This document shows, one piece after another, positions 26,627 through 34,839 of a stretch of DNA of 64,000 nt. Location: positions 11,323-75,322 of the forward strand of contig CABVDJ010000001.1 in assembly GCA_902497025.1 (NCBI GenBank). The letters are read 5' to 3'. The position numbers were made by a program, and so were the translations under genes. The first letter of the stretch is position 1, and each line of letters begins with the position of its first letter. Under the pieces are notes generated by a model, which was given only the letters and a program-made list of their open reading frames with translations, was not told where the DNA came from and did not search any database. Source of the stretch: an uncultured Collinsella sp. GTDB taxonomy: Bacteria > Actinomycetota > Coriobacteriia > Coriobacteriales > Coriobacteriaceae.

Positions 26627-28816
26627 ATGAAGAACATCCTGCATCTGTTTAAGCGCGACGTCCAAAACGTGTCTCGCTCCGTGATCGGCATGGTTGTCGT
26701 GATGGGCCTCATTATCGTGCCGTGCCTCTACGCATGGTTTAACATCGCCGGCAGCTGGGACCCGTACGGCAATACCGGAAACCTTAAGATCGCCGTGGTC
26801 AATACCGACGAGGGTTACGAGAGCGACCTGATTCCCGTCGAGGTCAACGTGGGCGAAAACGTTACCGCCGCTCTGCGTGGTAACGAGAACTTTGACTGGG
26901 TTGTGCTCAACAATCGCGATAAGGCTATCGATGGTGTTAAGTCGGGCGCTTACTATGCGGCCGTCGTAATCCCCAAGAGCTTTAGCTCCGACATGATGAC
27001 GCTCTTCTCGACCGACGTGAAACACGCCGATATCGAGTTCTATGAGAACCAGAAGGCCAACGCCATCGCCCAGATCGTGACCGAAAAGGGCTCGAGTGCC
27101 GTTCAGAACCAGGTCAATGAGACCTTTACCAAGACCATCACGACCATCGGTCTTAAGACGGTTTCCAGCCTGCTCGATTACATGAGCACCGACCAAGTGA
27201 GCAACTTTATCGCCAACCTGTCCTCGACGCTTGGCGATTCGATTGGGGATCTGCAAGACGTTCAGGCTAATGCTTCGTCGCTGGCGGGCATTTTGAGCTC
27301 TACGTCCGATTCGTTGACGTCGGCGAGCGGTATGCTCCAGCAGACGGGTACGGTCGATGAGTCGACCAAGCAGTTGATGGAGCATACCAAGAGCGGCATG
27401 AGCGATTCCAAAGAAGCGCTGAAGGCCGCCAACGACGCCATCAACGCCGCGATTGACGGAAGCGCGGGCTCGTTCGACAACGTGTCCGCCGAGCTTGCGA
27501 AGGCATTCGATGCCGCGAATCAGCATGTCGACCTTACGGTGTCTCAGCTCAACGATGCCGCGGCGGCGCTCAATACACGTGCCGACGATATCGACGCCAC
27601 GGCCGACCAGCTCCGCGGCTTTGCCGAGCAGGTCAGTGACGAAAAGCTCCAGGAGAGCCTTAAATCTGTGGCAACATCGCTGGGCAGGATCGCGGTGGAG
27701 TATCGCAACAACGCCAAGGACCTGACGGCAACTGCTAAGTCCCTTTCTGACAGCATGGCAGAGGTCAACAGCACGCGTGCCGAGGTCGATCAGGCCATCG
27801 CCGATGCCAAGGCGGGCATTTCGGGCGCCAAGTCCGACTACGATTCCACGTTCTCGGTTAAGGCCAAGGAGCTCAAGAAGACGGTTTCGGGCATCCTGGA
27901 CTCGCTCGATGGCATCTCGGGCGATCTGGATAGCGTCGTAGACGGCCTGACCGACGCATCCGGTTCGCTGGCAAAGGGCCTCTCCAAGGCTGCAAAGCTG
28001 GTCAACAAGGCTTCCGATCAGCTGGGCGAGGCGTCCGATAAGATCAGCGCCTTTAAGGACGAGCTCGATGGCGCCCTGATGTCGGACGACCTTGCCACGA
28101 TCAAGACGATGATTGGCAACGACCCCGAGGGCCTTGCCGTGTCGCTTTCCGGTCCCGTCGCACTCGACCGCAAGCCGGTCTATCCGATCCGCAACTACGG
28201 TTCAGCCATGGCGCCGTTCTACACGATTCTGTCGCTCTGGGTCGGCTCGATTGTACTGGCGGCCATGATGAAGGTCTCGGTTGACGATGAGCTTATCAAC
28301 GAGCTCATCCCCGTGCGCCTGCACGAGATCTACCTGGGTCGCTACCTGTTCTTTGGCGGTTTGGCCCTGCTGCAGGCAACGCTCGTGTGCGCGGGCGACA
28401 TCCTGTTCTTTGGCATTCAGTGCGACAACCCGCTGCAGTTTGTGCTGGCGGGCTGGGTCGCGAGTCTCGTGTTCTCCAATATCGTCTACACGCTTACGGT
28501 TTCGTTTGGCGATATCGGCAAGGCGCTCGCTGTCGTGCTGTTGGTCATGCAGGTCGGCGGTTCGGGCGGCACGTTCCCCATCGAGATGACCGGCCCCGTG
28601 TTCCAGGCGATCTATCCGTTCCTGCCGTTTACTCACGGCATCAACGCCATGCACGCCGCTATGGCCGGTGCCTACCATATGGAGTATTGGATTGAGCTAG
28701 GCATTCTGGCGAGCTATCTGATTCCGTCGCTGGCACTGGGCGTCGTCTTCCGCCGCCCGGTCATCAAAGCCAACGACTGGATCATCGAAAAGCTGGAGAG
28801 TACAAAACTTATTTAG
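26627..28816 (+). CDS. YhgE/Pip-domain membrane protein (paralog 2)
   Basis: Same architecture as paralog 1 (YAWFNIAGSWDPYGNT ... helical ectodomain ... multi-TM C-terminus). The ATG directly follows the paralog 1 stop, with an AAAGGAGGTGAGG RBS inside paralog 1. Confidence 0.85.
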   Translation: MKNILHLFKRDVQNVSRSVIGMVVVMGLIIVPCLYAWFNIAGSWDPYGNTGNLKIAVVNTDEGYESDLIPVEVNVGENVTAALRGNENFDWVVLNNRDKAIDGVKSGAYYAAVVIPKSFSSDMMTLFSTDVKHADIEFYENQKANAIAQIVTEKGSSAVQNQVNETFTKTITTIGLKTVSSLLDYMSTDQVSNFIANLSSTLGDSIGDLQDVQANASSLAGILSSTSDSLTSASGMLQQTGTVDESTKQLMEHTKSGMSDSKEALKAANDAINAAIDGSAGSFDNVSAELAKAFDAANQHVDLTVSQLNDAAAALNTRADDIDATADQLRGFAEQVSDEKLQESLKSVATSLGRIAVEYRNNAKDLTATAKSLSDSMAEVNSTRAEVDQAIADAKAGISGAKSDYDSTFSVKAKELKKTVSGILDSLDGISGDLDSVVDGLTDASGSLAKGLSKAAKLVNKASDQLGEASDKISAFKDELDGALMSDDLATIKTMIGNDPEGLAVSLSGPVALDRKPVYPIRNYGSAMAPFYTILSLWVGSIVLAAMMKVSVDDELINELIPVRLHEIYLGRYLFFGGLALLQATLVCAGDILFFGIQCDNPLQFVLAGWVASLVFSNIVYTLTVSFGDIGKALAVVLLVMQVGGSGGTFPIEMTGPVFQAIYPFLPFTHGINAMHAAMAGAYHMEYWIELGILASYLIPSLALGVVFRRPVIKANDWIIEKLESTKLI

Positions 28817-28969
28817 TTACGCGGTTTTACCAAACCGCGTAACTGCTCGACGCTGCAAACGACCCCAAGCGGCAATCTGACGTTCAATTTCAAGGGCGCG
28901 ACCAGAAGGTCAGCGCCCTTTCATTTCACGTCACCTTGCTCGCTTAGGGTCGTTTTCGCTGACATTGCC
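28816..28969. repeat. Composite structured repeat, copy B
   Basis: GTTACGCGGTTTTACCAAACCGCGTAAC-T-GCTCGACGCTGC. The outer stem AAACGACCCCAAGCGGCAA/TTGCTCGCTTAGGGTCGTTT encloses AAGGGCGC-[GACCAGAAGGTC]-AGCGCCCTT. The tail is TCGCTGACATTGCC. Same order and orientation as copy A. Confidence 0.7.
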
Positions 28970-29149
28970 GGAGCATCGAGGTTTTTCTGTTCGATACTTT
29001 AGCGGGCTGGATTGCGATGCCGTGTTGGTTGTTGCTACAGTAGCGGGGCGTGCCGGGGGTCCGGTGCGCCCTGTTTTTATTTGACCATGAGGCGGCACGC
29101 AGCCATACGCGTGCGGACACCACGCCCAGATTGAGTGCGAGGATGTTCC

Positions 29150-30133
29150 ATGGCCCAATACGCTGCCAACGAAATCGAAAACATGCCCGATAGCCCTGTA
29201 GCCCGTGAGGATTTGGGCGCGGGCGGTATTCCCCGGGGCGCCGGCGCTCGCTCGCCGCTGTTCTGGAAAGTTCTGCTATTTTCGGTGGCGGTCATCTGGG
29301 GCTACTCCTTTACCACTATGAAGGGCGCGCTTGACACCATTCCGGTGTTCGAGCTGGTTTACGTTCGCTTTCTCCCGGCATCACTGGTTATGTTTGCCAT
29401 TTTCCATAAACGCATCATCGCTCATTTCAATGCCCGCAACCTGATCGTCGGGCTGGGCATGGGTGCGCTCATGTGGGGAGCATACGGTTTGCAGACGATC
29501 GGCCTGGCGCAGACCACGGCAGGCAAAAGCGCGTTTTTGACGGGCACGTACTGCATCTTGGTTCCGTTTGCGAGCTATGTCCTAAGCGGCGAAAAGCTTA
29601 CCCGTTACAACTTGGGCGCCGCGTTGCTGTGCCTGGCGGGCATTGGCTTGGTGGCGCTCGATAGCGTCGAGTTCAATGCCGGCGATGCTATTACCTTGGG
29701 CGGTGCGATCTTCTTTGCCATCCAGATGGCGGTGACGGCCAAATACGGTCGCAAGATGGACATCAACGTCATCACGTTTTGGATGTTTGTGGGCAATGGC
29801 GTCTTGAGCTTGGCAACGTCGCTGCTATTCGAGACCCAAGCGCCCGCGTCCGTGTGGACGCCGAGCTTTATCGGCGTGATGGCCTTCCTCTCGGTGGGCT
29901 GCACGTGCGTGGCGCTGCTCATCCAAAACGTCGGCTTGGCGCACGTCCCGGCCTCGACGGGCTCACTGCTTCTTTCGATGGAGTCGCCTTCGGGTGTGCT
30001 GTTCTCGGTGCTGCTGATGGGGGAGGCGCTCACCTCGCGTCTGCTTGCCGGCTTTGCGCTCATCTTCCTGTCGATTATCTTGAGCGAGACGCATTTCGAT
30101 TTCTTGCGCCGAAAATCTCGCCCGCAATTGTAA
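29150..30133 (+). CDS. DMT-superfamily (EamA-type) transporter
   Basis: About 10 predicted TM helices in two EamA-like halves. ATG at 29150 follows GAGGA. Terminator GCCGCCCTCCCAGGGCGGC plus T-run downstream. Confidence 0.8.
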   Translation: MAQYAANEIENMPDSPVAREDLGAGGIPRGAGARSPLFWKVLLFSVAVIWGYSFTTMKGALDTIPVFELVYVRFLPASLVMFAIFHKRIIAHFNARNLIVGLGMGALMWGAYGLQTIGLAQTTAGKSAFLTGTYCILVPFASYVLSGEKLTRYNLGAALLCLAGIGLVALDSVEFNAGDAITLGGAIFFAIQMAVTAKYGRKMDINVITFWMFVGNGVLSLATSLLFETQAPASVWTPSFIGVMAFLSVGCTCVALLIQNVGLAHVPASTGSLLLSMESPSGVLFSVLLMGEALTSRLLAGFALIFLSIILSETHFDFLRRKSRPQL

Positions 30134-30249
30134 ACAACTTGTTGCGCCGCCCTCCCAGGGCGGCATTTTTTACGTCATGCCTTTACAGTTGTGCCTTGCA
30201 CTTTACGCTATCAAAGTGCGTGCTGCAAAAACGTTACTGGAGGGCATCT

Positions 30250-31548
30250 ATGGCACCAGCTCTGTCCAATTTTCAACCGCAACCAGCGCCTCAGGCTACC
30301 ACAGCGGCGCAGACCGCTATCGGTGACGGTCTTGTCGCAGAAGCTCAGGCTTTTGCAGACGAGCTCGCTGCGTGGCGACACGATCTACACCAGATGCCCG
30401 AGCTCGGTAACAATCTTCCGCAGACGTCTGCCTATATCCAGGCACGTCTGGACGAGATGGACATCCCCCATACCACGCTCGTCGACGGTTCCTGCGTCGT
30501 TGGCCTGATCGGTGCCGGTGCGGCCGCGGCCGCTCAGGGCAATGGCACGTGCAAGGACGAGCAGGCCGGAACGGTCGTCATGCTCCGAGGCGACATGGAC
30601 GCCCTGCCCGTTGCCGAGGAATCCGGCGAGCCCTTTGCATCCACCAACGGCTGCATGCACGCTTGCGGTCACGATATGCACGCGACGGCGCTGCTTGGTG
30701 CGGCTCGCCTGCTCAAGGCCCGCGAGGCCGAGCTCGTCGACGCCAATGCCACCGTCAAACTGCTGTTCCAGCCGGGCGAGGAGACCTTTGAGGGGGCACG
30801 CGCTGCCATCGCCGACGGTCTGCTGCAGAACCCGCGTCCTCAGGCGGCTTTTGCCATGCATGTTAACAGCCAATCGCCGCTTGGCCTGGTGCTCTATGGG
30901 AGCCCGGCGCTCTCGGGCGTGTGCGGTTTCCGCATCACGCTCCAGGGCAAGGGCGGCCATGGCTCGAGCCCCGAGATCTGCATCGACCCCATCGCGGCCG
31001 GCGTCCATGTGCACCTGGCGCTCCAGGAGCTTATCGCCCGCGAGGTGCCGGCGGCCAAGGAAGTCGCACTTACCGTTGGTAAGTTTGCTGGCGGCTTGGC
31101 GGCCAACGTCATCCCCGACACCTGCGTGCTCGAGGGAACGCTGCGCGGCTTCGATGTTGAGCTCATGGAGCACCTCAAGACCCGCATCGCGGAGGTCGTT
31201 AACGGCGTTGCCACAACATATCGTACGCCGGCGACCATCGAGACGCTTTCGGACGTTCCGCCGCTTGTGCTCGACAGCGATATGACTCAGGCGTCGCTTG
31301 GCTATGTGGGCGCAGTGCTGCCCAAGGCGGCTTTCTTGCCGCTTTTCCATGCCATGGCGAGTGAGGACTTCGCGCTTATCTCGAGCGAGATTCCGAGTGC
31401 GTACTTTACCGTGGGCGCGGCCGTAACCGACACGGACGAACACTTTGCCCAGCACCATCCCAAGGCACGTTTTAACGATGCCGAGCTGCCGCTCGGTGCT
31501 GCGGCCTATACCGCCGTCGCTTTGGGCTATATCGCCGACCACCGGTAG
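30250..31548 (+). CDS. M20-family amidohydrolase (N-acyl-amino-acid/hippurate hydrolase-like)
   Basis: LRGDMDALP and MHACGHDMH metal-ligand motifs and an M20D-like layout. ATG at 30250 follows GGAGGG. The 29779 start in the track overlaps the EamA gene and is rejected. Confidence 0.8.
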   Translation: MAPALSNFQPQPAPQATTAAQTAIGDGLVAEAQAFADELAAWRHDLHQMPELGNNLPQTSAYIQARLDEMDIPHTTLVDGSCVVGLIGAGAAAAAQGNGTCKDEQAGTVVMLRGDMDALPVAEESGEPFASTNGCMHACGHDMHATALLGAARLLKAREAELVDANATVKLLFQPGEETFEGARAAIADGLLQNPRPQAAFAMHVNSQSPLGLVLYGSPALSGVCGFRITLQGKGGHGSSPEICIDPIAAGVHVHLALQELIAREVPAAKEVALTVGKFAGGLAANVIPDTCVLEGTLRGFDVELMEHLKTRIAEVVNGVATTYRTPATIETLSDVPPLVLDSDMTQASLGYVGAVLPKAAFLPLFHAMASEDFALISSEIPSAYFTVGAAVTDTDEHFAQHHPKARFNDAELPLGAAAYTAVALGYIADHR

Positions 31549-31671
31549 CATCCAACCTTGCCTTTCAAGCCTGCGGGCATGGCCATAAGGCCTATGCCCT
31601 TGTCTTTCAAGGCAATCTTGGGCACTACCGGCGCCCGGCGCCGGCTATTCGTTTGTTAAATAAGGAGCAGT

Positions 31672-32976
31672 ATGCCCCAGCAGCGTAAGTTCTTCCCCGG
31701 CTGGCTCGTGGTGGCCTCCGGCTTCGTGATCATGGCCACGTGCTACACGATTTTCGTCAACTGCATGAGCCTGTTCCAGCCGCTCATCGTCAGCGACTTG
31801 GGAATATCTCTTGCGCAGTACAACATCTCCAATGCGATCTCTACCGTGGTGAGCGTTATCGGATCGCTTGTCATTGGCCATGTTGCCGATAAAGTAAGCG
31901 GTCGCGTTTTGGGCTCCCTAACCGTTATCGCTACCTCTGCCGTTCTTGCCAGCATGAGCTTTGTGGGTGAGCTTTGGCAGGTCTATGTGCTCTTTGCTGT
32001 TTCGGGCTGCTTTGCTGTGGCCTCGACCCGTCTGCTCATTAGCCTGGTGACCGCCAACTGGTTTACCGCCAAACGCGGCCTTGCCATTTCCATCGCACTT
32101 TCGGGCTCGGGCTTTGGCGGTGCTATTCTGTCTCCCATCGTGAGCTCGCTTATCGTGAGTGTGGGCTGGCGCTCTGCGTTCCTGGTACTCGCTGCCGTCT
32201 GCATGGTGGCGGCACTGCCCATCACGGCCTATTCCTTCCGCACCAAGCCTTCCGAGATCGGCCTTAAGCCGCTCGGCGAGAACCCGGGCGATCCGTCCGT
32301 CTCGACGGCTGGCGACAAGGACGAGCACACGGCGCCCGAGGTTAGCGTCGGCTGGTCTCGTATCAAGAAGAGCCCGGCGTTTTGGCTGCTTGTCGTCGCC
32401 TTCCTCTTTATGGGTCTCGTTAACGGCGCCATCTTGCCCAACCAAGTCACCAACATGACGAGCGTTACCGTCAACGGCGCCAAGATCGTCACGGGCGGCC
32501 ACGATCCCATGTGGGCGGGCACTGTGCTTTCGGCCTATATGGTCACCGTCGTTGTCGCCAAAATTTCGCTCGGCGCCATCTACGATCGCTTTGGGCTGCG
32601 CTTTGGCAACGTGCTGGGATCCGTTGCGTGCGTTATCGCTTGCGTTGCTCTGTGCTTCCCCGCGACCGATCTTGGTCCCATCGTGGCTGCCGTGAGCTTT
32701 GGTGTCGGAACGTGCATGGGCACCATCACGCCTACCATTGCCGCGTCCAAGCAATTTGGCATGGCCGACCTGGGTAAGGTCACGGGCACCATTACCTCGC
32801 TCGAGATGGTCGGCGGCACCGTGGGTGCCATTGTCTCGGGCGTGCTGTTCGATGCCACGGGCTCCTTTGCGAGCACTTGGATTGTGTGCCTGGCGTGCTC
32901 CGTGGTCATGCTCGTGTTCCTGCTGGCATCCGAGCCCATCGCCGCCAAGCTGCGCGCGAGCGTGGCGGGGGAGTAG
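31672..32976 (+). CDS. MFS transporter
   Basis: 434 aa with 12 predicted TM helices and a central cytoplasmic loop. AAGGAG RBS. Confidence 0.8.
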   Translation: MPQQRKFFPGWLVVASGFVIMATCYTIFVNCMSLFQPLIVSDLGISLAQYNISNAISTVVSVIGSLVIGHVADKVSGRVLGSLTVIATSAVLASMSFVGELWQVYVLFAVSGCFAVASTRLLISLVTANWFTAKRGLAISIALSGSGFGGAILSPIVSSLIVSVGWRSAFLVLAAVCMVAALPITAYSFRTKPSEIGLKPLGENPGDPSVSTAGDKDEHTAPEVSVGWSRIKKSPAFWLLVVAFLFMGLVNGAILPNQVTNMTSVTVNGAKIVTGGHDPMWAGTVLSAYMVTVVVAKISLGAIYDRFGLRFGNVLGSVACVIACVALCFPATDLGPIVAAVSFGVGTCMGTITPTIAASKQFGMADLGKVTGTITSLEMVGGTVGAIVSGVLFDATGSFASTWIVCLACSVVMLVFLLASEPIAAKLRASVAGE

Positions 32977-33011
32977 ACGTCCGTCGCTCTTTTCTGTTCG
33001 CCCCGTTCTAT

Positions 33012-33221
33012 CCGTGGCCGCCTTGGAAGCCGAATGGATGCTCGTACCATCATTCGGTTTCCAAGGCGGCCACGGGCCTACGAAATGATCCGTTTTCCTC
33101 CGTCCCCAAGGGGTCGCGTGATCCGAAGGGGACGGAGGAAAACGGATCGCAAACAGCGGCGGCGCATCTGGCCGAACGAGTCCCCATACCCTCGTTCGGT
33201 CAGACGCGCCGCCGCTGTTTG
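33012..33221. repeat. Three consecutive long GC-rich hairpins between the MFS gene and hisS
   Basis: H1 at 33012-33075 has a ~24-bp stem (CGTGGCCGCCTTGGAAGCCGAATG / CATTCGGTTTCCAAGGCGGCCACG). H2 at 33087-33148 has a 21-bp stem (GATCCGTTTTCCTCCGTCCCC / GGGGACGGAGGAAAACGGATC). H3 at 33150-33221 is nested (CAAACAGCGGCGGCGC .. GCCGAACGAG/CTCGTTCGGT .. GCGCCGCCGCTGTTTG). Confidence 0.75.
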
Positions 33222-33280
33222 TGTTTGTGCCGTATAATGACCACTACCTATGACGCGATACAAAAGAAAGGTGTTTGCCC

Positions 33281-34594
33281 ATGCAGGCACAGAAGGCGGA
33301 GGGAACCCGCGACCTTATCGGCGCCGAGATGCGCGCCTGGCAGAAGATGCAGCAGATCGCTGCCGGCGTGTTCGAGCCGTTTGGCTTTAAGCCCATCGAG
33401 ACGCCCGCTATCGAGCAGGTGGACGTGTTTGTCCACGGCATCGGCCAGTCGACCGACGTCGTGCGCAAGGAAATGTTCCGCGTGTTCAGTGGTGCCAACC
33501 TGGAGCGCGTCTTTACCGAGGGCACCGACACCAAACTCAAGCCCAAGCAGCGCCTGGCCCTTCGTCCCGAGGGCACGGCCGGTGTGGTGCGCGCCGTCGT
33601 GGAGAACAACCTAGTGCCCCAGGGCTCCACGCCGTTTAAGGCCTATTACGCCGAGGCCATGTTCCGTGGCGAGCGTCCCCAGAAGGGTCGCCTGCGCCAG
33701 TTCCACCAGGTGGGTATCGAGTGGCTCGGCGCTCCCGATCCGGCTGCCGACGCCGAGTGCATCATCATGCTCATGGAGTTCTACAAACGCCTGGGCTTCG
33801 ATCTGTCCAAGCTCCGTTTGCTTATTAACTCGATGGGCGATGCGCAGTGCCGTCCGGCATACCGCGAGCAGGTCAAGCAGTTTATCCTCGATCACGCCGA
33901 CGAGATGTGCGATGAGTGCCGCGAGCGCGCCGAGCTCAACCCGCTGCGCGCCTTCGACTGCAAGAACGACCATTGCCGTGAGATCATGGTCGACGCCCCG
34001 CTGATGGGCGACAACCTGTGCGACGAGTGCCGCGAGCACTACGAGCAGGTCAAGCGCTATTTGGATGCGGCGGGTATCGAGTATGTCGAGGATCCCACCT
34101 TAGTGCGCGGCCTGGACTACTACACCCGTACTGTCTTTGAGGTCGAGGCTCCCGGCGCCGGTGTCGGCTCCATCGGTGGTGGCGGTCGCTACGATGGCCT
34201 CGTCGAGCTCGAGGGTGGCAAGCCCACGGCGGGCGTCGGCTTCGCCGTCGGTTTTGAGCGCGCCCTGCTGGCCCTGCAGGCCTTTGGCAGCGATTTGGGT
34301 GCCGATGAGGCCCCGTGCGTCTATGTCGCCAACGCCGGCAAGGAGCTGCGTCAGAACGTCTTTGCCATTACGCAGGAGCTTCGCGCCGCAGGTATCGTGA
34401 CCGAGGCCGACTATCAGGGTCGTTCGCTCAAGGCCCAGTTTAAGCAAGCCGATAAGGTAGGCGCCAAGCTCATCTTGGTCCTGGGTGGCGACGAGCTTGC
34501 CGCCGGCAAGGTCAAAGTGCGCGACATGCAGAGCCATGACGAGGTGCTCGCCGATCTGGACAACGTCGTCGAGGCGGTTCGCGAGCGCCTGTAG
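33281..34594 (+). CDS. hisS: histidine--tRNA ligase
   Basis: Class-II motifs (RPEGTAGVVR, FHQVGIE, GGGGRYDGL) plus a C-terminal anticodon-binding domain. ATG at 33281 preferred. TATAAT at 33233-33238. Confidence 0.95.
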   Translation: MQAQKAEGTRDLIGAEMRAWQKMQQIAAGVFEPFGFKPIETPAIEQVDVFVHGIGQSTDVVRKEMFRVFSGANLERVFTEGTDTKLKPKQRLALRPEGTAGVVRAVVENNLVPQGSTPFKAYYAEAMFRGERPQKGRLRQFHQVGIEWLGAPDPAADAECIIMLMEFYKRLGFDLSKLRLLINSMGDAQCRPAYREQVKQFILDHADEMCDECRERAELNPLRAFDCKNDHCREIMVDAPLMGDNLCDECREHYEQVKRYLDAAGIEYVEDPTLVRGLDYYTRTVFEVEAPGAGVGSIGGGGRYDGLVELEGGKPTAGVGFAVGFERALLALQAFGSDLGADEAPCVYVANAGKELRQNVFAITQELRAAGIVTEADYQGRSLKAQFKQADKVGAKLILVLGGDELAAGKVKVRDMQSHDEVLADLDNVVEAVRERL

Positions 34595-34839
34595 CGCATC
34601 TTTTTGAGCTTCGGGCCTGCTAACGTGCCCTGCTCATGGAGAGCGATTGTTACGGGGGTGTTTCGCTTTTATGCGGAATGCCCCCGTTTACGTATGCCGC
34701 CCACCGAGAAATACGACCATTTAGGGCAAAAACCTTTGCAATGCAGAAAATACTTTTGTGTGGTAAAGCGCAATCAGTGTCGAAAGTATTTCTCAAGCGC
34801 CTATAATGAATACCGCATGTTACGTGCATAGAAGGAGGA

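Noticed and set aside
23377-28969. Integron attC / gene-cassette interpretation of the structured elements flanking the YhgE/Pip pair and the larA-MIP pair.
   Set aside because: The size range and the conserved-structure, variable-sequence logic resemble attC. However, the ends do not fit the RYYYAAC / GTTRRRY core sites. The stems are near-perfect, without the characteristic extrahelical bases. The modules are 2-5 kb with their own leaders, and no intI is present. This is kept only as a remote analogy.
29779-30249. N-terminal 157-aa extension of the M20 amidohydrolase ORF (track start 29779).
   Set aside because: It overlaps the 3' third of the EamA transporter gene in another frame and crosses that gene's terminator. 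A good RBS and ATG at 30250 gives a normal-length M20 enzyme.
33000-33280. T-box riboswitch or leader upstream of hisS; also checked upstream of serS and aspS.
   Set aside because: No T-box sequence (..GGTGGTACCGCG..) or specifier-loop architecture is visible. The hisS upstream hairpins are perfect GC palindromes unlike T-box stems, and the serS leader is too short.
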